From Pseudomonadota bacterium (GTDB taxonomy: Bacteria; Bdellovibrionota_G; JALEGL01; DATDPG01): 64,000 bases of DNA. Under the pieces are notes generated by a model. The model was not told the origin of the DNA. It did not search any database and was given only the letters and a program-made list of their open reading frames with translations. Below, piece after piece: positions 1 through 7,973 of the stretch; the first letter of the stretch is position 1, and each line of letters opens with the position of its first letter. The stretch lies in the NCBI GenBank assembly GCA_043809315.1, contig JAZDDX010000039.1:32001-96000 (forward strand). The letters run 5' to 3'. The position numbers and the translations under genes are program-made.

Positions 1-176
1 AGGTTTTTCTCTTTCGCTCTCCCCTTCCGTTTCGACTTCGTCCGACTTTTCGTCTTCGGAGCCATCTGGATCTCCTCGAACGCCTTGTCGAGATCGGAGA
101 AGAAGTCGTCGTTCAACTCCGCTCCGAGGAACGGGGGAACGGTCGGGGGGGTCTCAATACGCAATGTCGGTCTCAT
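1..176 (-). CDS. Hypothetical protein, partial (runs off window start)
   Basis: AGGAGG RBS (182-187), then ATG at 176; open frame MRPTLRIETPPTVPPFLGAELNDDFF... to the window edge. Not in the ORF track. Confidence 0.65.
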   Translation of the reverse strand, partial: MRPTLRIETPPTVPPFLGAELNDDFFSDLDKAFEEIQMAPKTKSRTKSKRKGRAKEKN

Positions 177-237
177 GTCAGCCTCCTTGGCAGCTTGCAT
201 TCGTTCAACAGTTTCAACAGCAATTTCAGCGGGAGAA

Positions 238-265
238 AATGTAATGTAGTGCAATGCGGTGTCAA
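238..265 (-). promoter_or_regulatory. Putative sigma70 promoter for the gene at 1-176
   Basis: Minus strand TTGACA-16 nt-TACATT. Confidence 0.45.
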
Positions 266-313
266 CAGATTCTTTGCAGAGGGGGGCGCTGCATCCATAA
301 TAGTGCGATCGAA

Positions 314-886
314 ATGCCTCCCTTTCGGCTCCTGATTCTTCTTCTTCTTTGGATCCCGCTCCCCTCTTCCGCTGGGACCGACGACATCGTCCGTCTGGAA
401 CCGGTGGAAGGGAGTCGCGTGAAACTCGGAACCACGCAGGGGGTGATCGACGCCGATCCCGAGACCATCTTTCGCGTGCTCACGGACTACGAGCACTACG
501 CGGAGTTCATGCCGAGGACGGAGAAAGCCGAGGTCCGAGAACGAATGACGGACCGGGTCGTTTTTTTCAGCCATCTCGGGATGCCGATTCTCATCGAGGA
601 TGTCGAGTACCTCTGCGAGGCGAAGTTCGCCTCCGATCACCGGTCGGTGGAGTTCCGGATGGTCCCCGGCAGCGGGAAAGGGGTTCGTCAGTTCCACGGC
701 TCCTGGAAACTGGAACCGTTCGGGACGGAACCGGGAAAGACCCTCGTCACCTACCGCGTCTTCTTCGATCCGATGCGGGGGTACGCTCCGTGGCTCTTCG
801 ACCTCGGGACGAAACATTCCCTGGCGAAGGTAATCGGAGCGGTCCGAAAACGGGTCGGATCCGCTGCCGCCGGGGATCAGAAGTAG
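314..886 (+). CDS. SRPBCC/START (polyketide cyclase, Coq10-like) family protein with signal peptide
   Basis: IDADPETIFRVLTDYEHYAEFMP and FHGSWKLEP are typical SRPBCC segments. Hydrophobic N-terminus from ATG 314 (ORF track starts at 254). Confidence 0.8.
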   Translation: MPPFRLLILLLLWIPLPSSAGTDDIVRLEPVEGSRVKLGTTQGVIDADPETIFRVLTDYEHYAEFMPRTEKAEVRERMTDRVVFFSHLGMPILIEDVEYLCEAKFASDHRSVEFRMVPGSGKGVRQFHGSWKLEPFGTEPGKTLVTYRVFFDPMRGYAPWLFDLGTKHSLAKVIGAVRKRVGSAAAGDQK

Positions 887-902
887 ATCCGACTTGGAAA
901 AC

Positions 903-916
903 CTGATCTGAATCAG
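903..916. promoter_or_regulatory. Crp/Fnr-family-like palindrome
   Basis: CTGAT-CTGA-ATCAG (TGAT-N4-ATCA core), centred 41.5 bp upstream of ATG 951. Confidence 0.45.
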
Positions 917-950
917 CTTTTCCCCCCCAAAGATCTGAGATTGTTCCCCG

Positions 951-3758
951 ATGCGTTTTCGCATGCGCACCTTGGCTTGGTTCTTGAGCGCCCTGGCGAT
1001 TGCCTCGGCATCGCCATTCCTGGCTCGCTCCGCCGAACCGAAGCCCCCCCCAGGCTCCGACGATTGTCTCGCCTGCCACGAAATCGGTGAGGGAACCAAA
1101 AAACGGGAAGCGGGGGTTGCCCCCGTCTTCTCCGCTTCAGCGATCCTCGACTCCCCCCATTCCGCAATCCCTTGCGTCGGCTGTCACAAAGATCTCGAAA
1201 AGGCCGACTTCCCCCACAATGAAAAACTTCTCCCCGTCGATTGCGGCAAGTGCCACCCGGATCAGGAAAAGCAGTACACTGAGAGTTTGCATGGAGTGGC
1301 AGGGAAGCGGGGGGACCGGCTGGCACCGACCTGCAAGAGCTGCCACGGGGGTCACGCGATCCGCCGGAATTCGGACTTGGGCTCTCCCACCAACACCGTG
1401 AACGTCCCGGCTCTCTGCGGTCAGTGCCATCACGAAGGCTCCCCGGTTCAGCTCACGCACAAGATCCACCAGGACAAGATCCTCGAAAATTATACGGAGA
1501 GCATTCACGGGGAGGGGTTGTTTACGAAGGGGCTTCTCGTAACTGCAGTCTGCACAAGCTGCCACACGGCCCACCATGTCCTCCCCCACACCGACCCACG
1601 CTCCTCGATCGCGCAGAAACAGATCGCCAAAACCTGCATGAAGTGCCACGGGCAGATCGAGCGGGTCCATCGGAAGGTGATTCGGGGAGCCCTTTGGGAG
1701 AAGCAGCCGCACCTGATCCCCGCCTGCGTCGACTGTCATTCGCCTCATAAGATCCGGAAGGTCTTCTACGCGCAGGGGATGTCCGATCGGGACTGCCTGA
1801 TCTGTCACTCTCGGAACGATCTTCGGTCCGACCAAGGGATCGACAGCAAACGGCTATACGTGGACGCTCCGGAGCTAGCCGGTTCCCGCCATTCGCGCGT
1901 GGCCTGCGTGCAGTGCCACAGCGGGGCTTCCCCGACTCTCATCCGACCCTGCTCTGCCATCACCGCCAAAGTGGATTGCTCCGCCTGCCATGCCGAACAA
2001 GTTGAAACCTTCAACGACAGCGTTCATGGGAAACTCGCCAAAACGGGAAGCCCGGATGCACCGATCTGCCGCGACTGCCATGGAACTCACGGCACCCTCG
2101 GACGCACGAACTCCGAAGCCCCCACTTTCTCGCGAAATGTGCCGGCTCTTTGCGGCCGGTGTCATCGCAAGGGAGAAAAGGCGGCGGTCCGGTACACCGG
2201 CAGCGAAGTCGGGATGGTCGAACATTACCGGGAGTCGATCCACGGCAAAGGGTTGTTGGAGAGCGGGCTGACCGTCACGGCGACCTGCGTGAACTGCCAT
2301 ACCGCCCACTCCGAAAAGCCGGCCAAAGACCCGACTTCGAGCGTAAACCCGGAGAACATCGCCAAAACCTGCGCCCAGTGCCATCGCGGAATCTACGAGT
2401 TGTTCGCCGCCAGCATCCATTCACCGTCGGTCTCGAAGACGGACCAGAAGCTTCCGACCTGCACCGGTTGTCACACCGCCCATACCATCGGCCGGACCGA
2501 CGTCACCGACTTCCGCCTGCACATCATGGACCAGTGCGGAAACTGCCATGACGAGATCGCCAAGAGCTACTTCGACACGTACCACGGGAAGGTCTCCAAG
2601 CTGGGATACCTCAAGACCGCCAAATGCTACGACTGTCACGGCGCTCACGACACCCTTCCCACTTGGAACCCCAAGTCCCACTTGAGCCGGGCGAACATCG
2701 TGGCGACCTGCGCCCAGTGTCATCCGGGATCGAACCGTCGTTTCGCCGGGTATCTGACCCACGCCACCCATCACGACCCCGCGCGATACCCGTTCCTCTT
2801 CTACACCTTCTGGGGGATGACGATCCTTCTCCTGGGAACGCTGGCCGTCGGTTTCCTGCATACCGCTCTCTGGATTCCGCGATCCATCCAGTTCCGGCGG
2901 GAGCTCCAAAGGATCGAAGAGAAGACGGAGGAAACCCAGTACATCTGGCGGATCCGCCCGTTCTACTCGAAACTCCACCTGCTCGTCATCGTGAGCTTCT
3001 TCGCCCTCGCCCTGACCGGGATGACGCTCAAGTTCTCCTATACCGGCTGGGCCCGTGTCCTTGCGCATCTGTTCGGTGGATTCGAGTCGGCCGGGGTGAT
3101 CCACCGGATCGGGGCGGTCATCACCTTCTTCTATTTCGGCGCCCACCTGTACGATCTCTGTAAGCGCGCCCGGAAAGAGCCGGGAGGATTCCGCGCTCTC
3201 CTTCTGGGTCCGGACAGCATGATCCCGAACCGAAACGATCTCCGAGAACTGATCGGATCGATGAAATGGTTCCTCGGGCGTGGTCCAAGACCTCAATACG
3301 GACGCTGGACCTACTGGGAGAAATTCGACTATTTCGCAGTCTTCTGGGGGGTCGCCATCATCGGCTCGAGCGGCCTTCTCCTCTGGTTCCCGGAGTTCTT
3401 CACGCTGTTCCTTCCGGGTTGGGCGATCAACATCGCCACGATCATTCACAGCGACGAGGCGCTGCTCGCAGTCGGGTTCATCTTCACGGTCCACTTCTTC
3501 AACACCCACTTCCGGCCGGAGAAGTTCCCGATCGACACCGTCATCTTCACCGGGAGGACGCCGCTCGAGGAATACAAGGTGGACCGACCCCGCGAGTACG
3601 AGGAGTTGGTGGCATCCGGGAAACTGGCCGGGAGGCTCGGAGACGCGCCCTCCCCGCACGTCCACCATTTCTGGCGGACGTTCGGGTTCACGGCACTTGC
3701 GATCGGTTTGACTCTGATCGGACTGATCGTGTACGCGACGATCTTCGCGTACCGGTAG
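951..3758 (+). CDS. CbcL-like inner-membrane cytochrome: 19 c-heme motifs fused to an FdnI/HydC-type cytochrome b domain
   Basis: Signal peptide; 19 CxxCH counted; C-terminal TM domain with His ligand candidates (KLHLL, IHRIG, IIHSDEA, VHFFNTH) and RWTYWEKFDYFAVFWG. Confidence 0.88.
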   Translation: MRFRMRTLAWFLSALAIASASPFLARSAEPKPPPGSDDCLACHEIGEGTKKREAGVAPVFSASAILDSPHSAIPCVGCHKDLEKADFPHNEKLLPVDCGKCHPDQEKQYTESLHGVAGKRGDRLAPTCKSCHGGHAIRRNSDLGSPTNTVNVPALCGQCHHEGSPVQLTHKIHQDKILENYTESIHGEGLFTKGLLVTAVCTSCHTAHHVLPHTDPRSSIAQKQIAKTCMKCHGQIERVHRKVIRGALWEKQPHLIPACVDCHSPHKIRKVFYAQGMSDRDCLICHSRNDLRSDQGIDSKRLYVDAPELAGSRHSRVACVQCHSGASPTLIRPCSAITAKVDCSACHAEQVETFNDSVHGKLAKTGSPDAPICRDCHGTHGTLGRTNSEAPTFSRNVPALCGRCHRKGEKAAVRYTGSEVGMVEHYRESIHGKGLLESGLTVTATCVNCHTAHSEKPAKDPTSSVNPENIAKTCAQCHRGIYELFAASIHSPSVSKTDQKLPTCTGCHTAHTIGRTDVTDFRLHIMDQCGNCHDEIAKSYFDTYHGKVSKLGYLKTAKCYDCHGAHDTLPTWNPKSHLSRANIVATCAQCHPGSNRRFAGYLTHATHHDPARYPFLFYTFWGMTILLLGTLAVGFLHTALWIPRSIQFRRELQRIEEKTEETQYIWRIRPFYSKLHLLVIVSFFALALTGMTLKFSYTGWARVLAHLFGGFESAGVIHRIGAVITFFYFGAHLYDLCKRARKEPGGFRALLLGPDSMIPNRNDLRELIGSMKWFLGRGPRPQYGRWTYWEKFDYFAVFWGVAIIGSSGLLLWFPEFFTLFLPGWAINIATIIHSDEALLAVGFIFTVHFFNTHFRPEKFPIDTVIFTGRTPLEEYKVDRPREYEELVASGKLAGRLGDAPSPHVHHFWRTFGFTALAIGLTLIGLIVYATIFAYR

Positions 3759-3764
3759 GTCGAA

Positions 3765-4091
3765 CTACTTCTGCTGCGACTTCACGTACTTCGTGATCTC
3801 GTCGGCTTCCGCGGGGGACACTTTCATCGCTTTCATCTTCCGGCTGCCTACTTCGATCGACTTCTTGATGGCTGCGTCGTCCAGCCCCTTCACCGCGGCA
3901 CCCGTCAGGTCCATCGTTTCCGGCTTCTCCGGCTTCATCATCTTCGTGATCTTCTCGTTCCCTTTCAGGTTGTCGCCGTGGCACTTCTTGCAGTGCTGGT
4001 CGTACAGCGCCTTCCCGTCCGCAAACGCGCTCGGAACCGAACCGAATGCCGCCAATGCCAAAATCGCCACCATGCTTCCCATGACTTTCAT
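3765..4091 (-). CDS. Monoheme class I cytochrome c, Lys-rich
   Basis: Signal peptide; ADGKALYDQHCKKCHG; candidate distal Met in RKMKAM. Confidence 0.9.
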   Translation of the reverse strand: MKVMGSMVAILALAAFGSVPSAFADGKALYDQHCKKCHGDNLKGNEKITKMMKPEKPETMDLTGAAVKGLDDAAIKKSIEVGSRKMKAMKVSPAEADEITKYVKSQQK

Positions 4092-4284
4092 TTCCTGAGT
4101 TCTCCTTTTTCGTTGGAATCCAACTGAGTTTTGAAACGGCCGGGCAATGTAGCGTGGTTTTCCTCAGAGGCAACAAAGAAACGAAGTTTCAACCTCCCCT
4201 TCGAAATTCTTCCCTTTTCTCTCCGCTCCTCTTACAAAGATCTGGAAACCAACCCTTTTTTGACCTACAGCCGAAAGACTCGCC

Positions 4285-5709
4285 ATGTTGAAATCGCTTG
4301 AAATTTTCTATCGGATCGTCACGAACAACGTGGCCGGGCTGATCGGCTCGATCTTCGCAACCTCCAGCACCCTCCTCTTCATCGGCTACTTCCTGGCGAT
4401 GCTGTCCGGGTTCGAAGGTGGGCCGTACTTCGGGATTCTCGTCTTCCTGATCAACCCCCTCTTCTTCGTCGGCGGCCTTCTGATGATCCCGTTCGGCCTC
4501 TGGCGGGAGAAGCAGAAACGGCTCCGCTCGGGGCAGGCGACCATCTCGTGGCGGGAACTGATCCAACTCCCCTCGTCTCCGGGCCGCCGGAAGCGCCTCT
4601 TCGTGATCTTCTCCGGCGTGACGGCTCTCAACGTGAGCATCTTGGTGGTCGCGGCCTACCAGGGGGTCCATGTGATGGAAACGACGGAGTTCTGCGGCAC
4701 CGCCTGCCACGCAGTGATGCAACCGGAGTACACCGCCTACCTCCGCTCGGCGCACGCTCGCGTCGGCTGCATCGGGTGCCACATCGGCTCCGGAGCCAGC
4801 TGGTTCGTCAAATCGAAGCTCTCCGGTTCCTGGCAGCTCGTGGCGGTTACTTTCAACCTATATCCGCGCCCGATCGAATCCCCGATCAAGAACCTCCGTC
4901 CCGCTCGTGAAACATGTGAGCAGTGCCACTGGCCGACCAAGTTCGTCGGCGACCGGCTCAAGATCAAGAGTCGTTTCAAGGAGGACGAGGGGAACACCGA
5001 GACGAAAACAGCCCTCCTGATGCGCGTCGGCGGGACGCAAGGGAGCCGGGCCCACGGGATCCACTGGCATGTGAACCCCGACAACAAGGTGGAATACCTC
5101 TCCGATGCCAAGCGGGAAACGATCTACAAGGTCAAGCTGACGGGGAAGAGCGGCCTCGTGACGGAATTCGAGGGCCCGGACGCGACCCCCCAGGCAAAGA
5201 ACGCCGAGTGGCGTGTGATGGACTGCATCGACTGCCACAACCGGCCGACGCACATCTTCCGGACGCCACAGGACGAGATCGATCTCGGGCTGGAAGAAGG
5301 GAGAATCGATCGCACCCTCCCGTTCGTCCGGCGGGAGGGGTTGGCGCTGCTCAAAGGCTCCTTTATGACGACGGGGGAAGCCTTACAGGCTGAGATGACG
5401 GGGAAGCTTCTGGCGTTCTACCGGGCGAATTATCCGCAGATCGCCGCCGACCGGAAGCCGTTGATCGACGATACCGCCGCCGTGCTCGCGGACCTTTATT
5501 CGAAGAACGTCTTCCCCCACATGCACGTGACCTGGGGGACCTACCCGAATCATTTGGGGCACGAGAACTCCCCGGGCTGCCAACGATGCCACGACGGGAG
5601 TCACAAGTCGAAAGACGGAAGGACGATCCCGGACGATTGCGACACCTGCCACAAACTGCTCGCCAACGAAGAGGTCAATCCGGAGATTTTGAAGCAGCTT
5701 CAGCCCTGA
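4285..5709 (+). CDS. ImcH-like NapC/NirT-family multiheme quinol dehydrogenase
   Basis: Three N-terminal TM segments (GGPYFGILVFL...LLMIPFGLW), FCGTACH, SAHARVGCIGCHIG, WFVKSKLSG, RPARETCEQCHWP, MDCIDCHNRPTH, GCQRCH, CDTCH (5 CxxCH + 1 CxxxCH). Confidence 0.85.
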   Translation: MLKSLEIFYRIVTNNVAGLIGSIFATSSTLLFIGYFLAMLSGFEGGPYFGILVFLINPLFFVGGLLMIPFGLWREKQKRLRSGQATISWRELIQLPSSPGRRKRLFVIFSGVTALNVSILVVAAYQGVHVMETTEFCGTACHAVMQPEYTAYLRSAHARVGCIGCHIGSGASWFVKSKLSGSWQLVAVTFNLYPRPIESPIKNLRPARETCEQCHWPTKFVGDRLKIKSRFKEDEGNTETKTALLMRVGGTQGSRAHGIHWHVNPDNKVEYLSDAKRETIYKVKLTGKSGLVTEFEGPDATPQAKNAEWRVMDCIDCHNRPTHIFRTPQDEIDLGLEEGRIDRTLPFVRREGLALLKGSFMTTGEALQAEMTGKLLAFYRANYPQIAADRKPLIDDTAAVLADLYSKNVFPHMHVTWGTYPNHLGHENSPGCQRCHDGSHKSKDGRTIPDDCDTCHKLLANEEVNPEILKQLQP

Positions 5710-7633
5710 TCTCTTGAAGCTCCCGCGGGTGCTGGTGTTCCATCTCTTCCTCGGTCACTTTGCCGGTCAAAAAGATCAGGCTGACCGGGTATTCGTCCGG
5801 GTGAAAGATGACGAAGAAGAAGTGCCAGACGGCGATCGAGAGCCCCGCCAGCCAGGCCTCGTAATAGTGGATCACGTCGGCCAACGGAATCCCCCAAGAG
5901 GGGAACCCAAATAACTGGCTGATCTCTACCGGGAACCAGAGGGCGAATCCTGTCGCTCCCATGATGATCGTCCCCCAGATGACCGCCCAGTATTCCGCTT
6001 TGTGGACGTACGAATACCGCCCCAGGTGTGGGCGTCGTGCGCCCCGGCGGCCGGTCAGCTGCATCCAGTAGTATTTGAGCGAATCCCGGACCTCGAGAAG
6101 GTCGCGGAACCGGGGGAGCAGCTCCTTGATTTCGTGGCGCCCTTTCGGCGTCCAAATCGAATGAACGACGTGCAGAACCCCGGCCAGGAGCATGACGATC
6201 GCCGCCCCCCGGTGGATCAAGCGACGCGCCTCCTCCCCGACGTGAACCCAGTTCAAGAGGATCGTCCAGGGGGCGTCGAAGAATCGCAGGGCAAAGCCGG
6301 TCACGACTAACGTGATGAAGCTGGTCAGAAGCATCCCGTGCGTCACCAGCTGGAAGTTCGTGAAGCGCCGGTACCCTTTCTCCTTCCTTTGTTTCCGGAA
6401 CTTCTGCACGACGGCGGAGAAAAAGATCAAGGCGTTGTGCGCCAGCATCCCGCCGATCGTCCCGAAGATCAGCCAAAGATAAAGCTGACGAACGTAGAAT
6501 AATATCGGGGCCGAGGCTGGTGAGGTCTGGAGATGGACGGGGGTCCGTGCGAACGTCTCCCTAGCCCCCGGGTGACAGTTCCCGCAGGTCTTGGCCAAGT
6601 TCGAAACATGGATCGACGAATTCGGGTCGGAGGACGGGAGAATCTTGTGTCCCCCGTGACAGCTGGCGCAACCCGCCACGGTGACCGATCCCCGGCGTAC
6701 GGCGAGGCCGTGGTAACTGTCCTCGTAACTTGCGGTTCTGCCGGTCGAGAGACCATATCGTTTGGTGAGCATCAGATCGTCGTGACATTTTCCGCAGGTT
6801 TTGGCTGCGAGATGTGCCGGCGAGACCGGCGAGTTGGCGTCGTGCGTCCGTAAGATGCCGTGCTCGCCGTGGCAGTCGGCGCAGGAGGGGGCGTCCTCGA
6901 TCCCCTTCGCCAACGCCTGACCGTGGATCGAAGCGGTGTAATCCTCCACCATCTTCGCATGGCAGCGGCCGCAAGCGGCCGGGATCGCCTTCTTGGCGGT
7001 CTTGGAGGTCATCTCCCGCCCCGGCTGAACGGTGTGGGCGCCGTGGCAGTCGCTGCAGACGGCGGCCTTGAGGTTCCCCGCGGCGACCGCTTTTCCATGA
7101 ACCGAATCTTTGTACGCCGCGAACGGGTCGGCGACCGGGATGTCGTATTTCCGGATGAGGCTCACTTGGGCGTGGCAGCGGGCGCACATGCCGGGAATAT
7201 TGGCCCTGGCCTGTTTCGAGGCGGGGTTGTCGGACGGGAGGATCTCGTGGAGGTTCCCGTGGCAGTCGGCGCAAGCCGGGGCATCGGTGATTCCCTTCGC
7301 GCGCGCCAGCCCGTGAAAGCTTGCGTTGTACTGTTTGACCGCATCCTCGTGGCAGGAGGAACAGTCGACCTTCGGCGGCGCCTCTTCATGCGCTTGGAAC
7401 GGTCCTTTCGCGTGGCAATCGACGCAGTCGAGCCCCCCGTGCACGGAGGCCTCGAAGGCCTTCACGTTCAGGCCGTCATGACACTCCAGACAGGTTTGGG
7501 GCCGGATCTTCTTCGCCCCGGCCGCGACCGCCGAGGAAACCCAGACGGCCGCAACCAGGAACGAAAGAAAACAGAGACTACTTCGCTTGCTTCTGCAAGT
7601 CGCGCGAGTAAGCGGTGATCGCTTTCGCTTCAT
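5675..7633 (-). CDS. Second CbcL-like cytochrome: 11 c-heme motifs plus cytochrome b domain
   Basis: 11 CxxCH counted; TM domain with THGML, IHRGA, RYSYVHKAEYWAVIWG, IHYYEAWLA, WHFFF. Start uncertain because it overlaps the upstream gene by 56 nt. Confidence 0.88.
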   Translation of the reverse strand: MKRKRSPLTRATCRSKRSSLCFLSFLVAAVWVSSAVAAGAKKIRPQTCLECHDGLNVKAFEASVHGGLDCVDCHAKGPFQAHEEAPPKVDCSSCHEDAVKQYNASFHGLARAKGITDAPACADCHGNLHEILPSDNPASKQARANIPGMCARCHAQVSLIRKYDIPVADPFAAYKDSVHGKAVAAGNLKAAVCSDCHGAHTVQPGREMTSKTAKKAIPAACGRCHAKMVEDYTASIHGQALAKGIEDAPSCADCHGEHGILRTHDANSPVSPAHLAAKTCGKCHDDLMLTKRYGLSTGRTASYEDSYHGLAVRRGSVTVAGCASCHGGHKILPSSDPNSSIHVSNLAKTCGNCHPGARETFARTPVHLQTSPASAPILFYVRQLYLWLIFGTIGGMLAHNALIFFSAVVQKFRKQRKEKGYRRFTNFQLVTHGMLLTSFITLVVTGFALRFFDAPWTILLNWVHVGEEARRLIHRGAAIVMLLAGVLHVVHSIWTPKGRHEIKELLPRFRDLLEVRDSLKYYWMQLTGRRGARRPHLGRYSYVHKAEYWAVIWGTIIMGATGFALWFPVEISQLFGFPSWGIPLADVIHYYEAWLAGLSIAVWHFFFVIFHPDEYPVSLIFLTGKVTEEEMEHQHPRELQEIRAEAASKSPD

Positions 7634-7946
7634 CCGCGGTCACTTTATCCTTCATCGGTTTCATCTTGCCAGTTCCTTCGAGAATCGCCTTCTCGAACTC
7701 GGCATCCGACAGTTTCTTCGCGTCGGCGGAGACGATGGAGAGCTTCGCCATCTGCTTCTCGTCGAGCTTCATCGTCTTGGCGATCGGCAGCCATTTCCCG
7801 TCCTTCATGCCGCTGCCGTCCGGGGCGTGACAGGTCTTGCATTTCCCTTCATAGACCGCCTTACCATCGGCCGCAGCCTGCGAAAGATTCCACGCGGCAA
7901 CCGCAATCGCCGCCACCGTAACTCCCAACAACGTCTTCTTGAACAT
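7578..7946 (-). CDS. Monoheme class I cytochrome c, paralog of 3765-4091
   Basis: Signal peptide; ADGKAVYEGKCKTCH; GTGKMKPM; GAGGAG RBS. Confidence 0.9.
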   Translation of the reverse strand: MFKKTLLGVTVAAIAVAAWNLSQAAADGKAVYEGKCKTCHAPDGSGMKDGKWLPIAKTMKLDEKQMAKLSIVSADAKKLSDAEFEKAILEGTGKMKPMKDKVTADEAKAITAYSRDLQKQAK

Positions 7947-7973
7947 ACTCTCTCCTCGTTTAGTTAATAGTTA

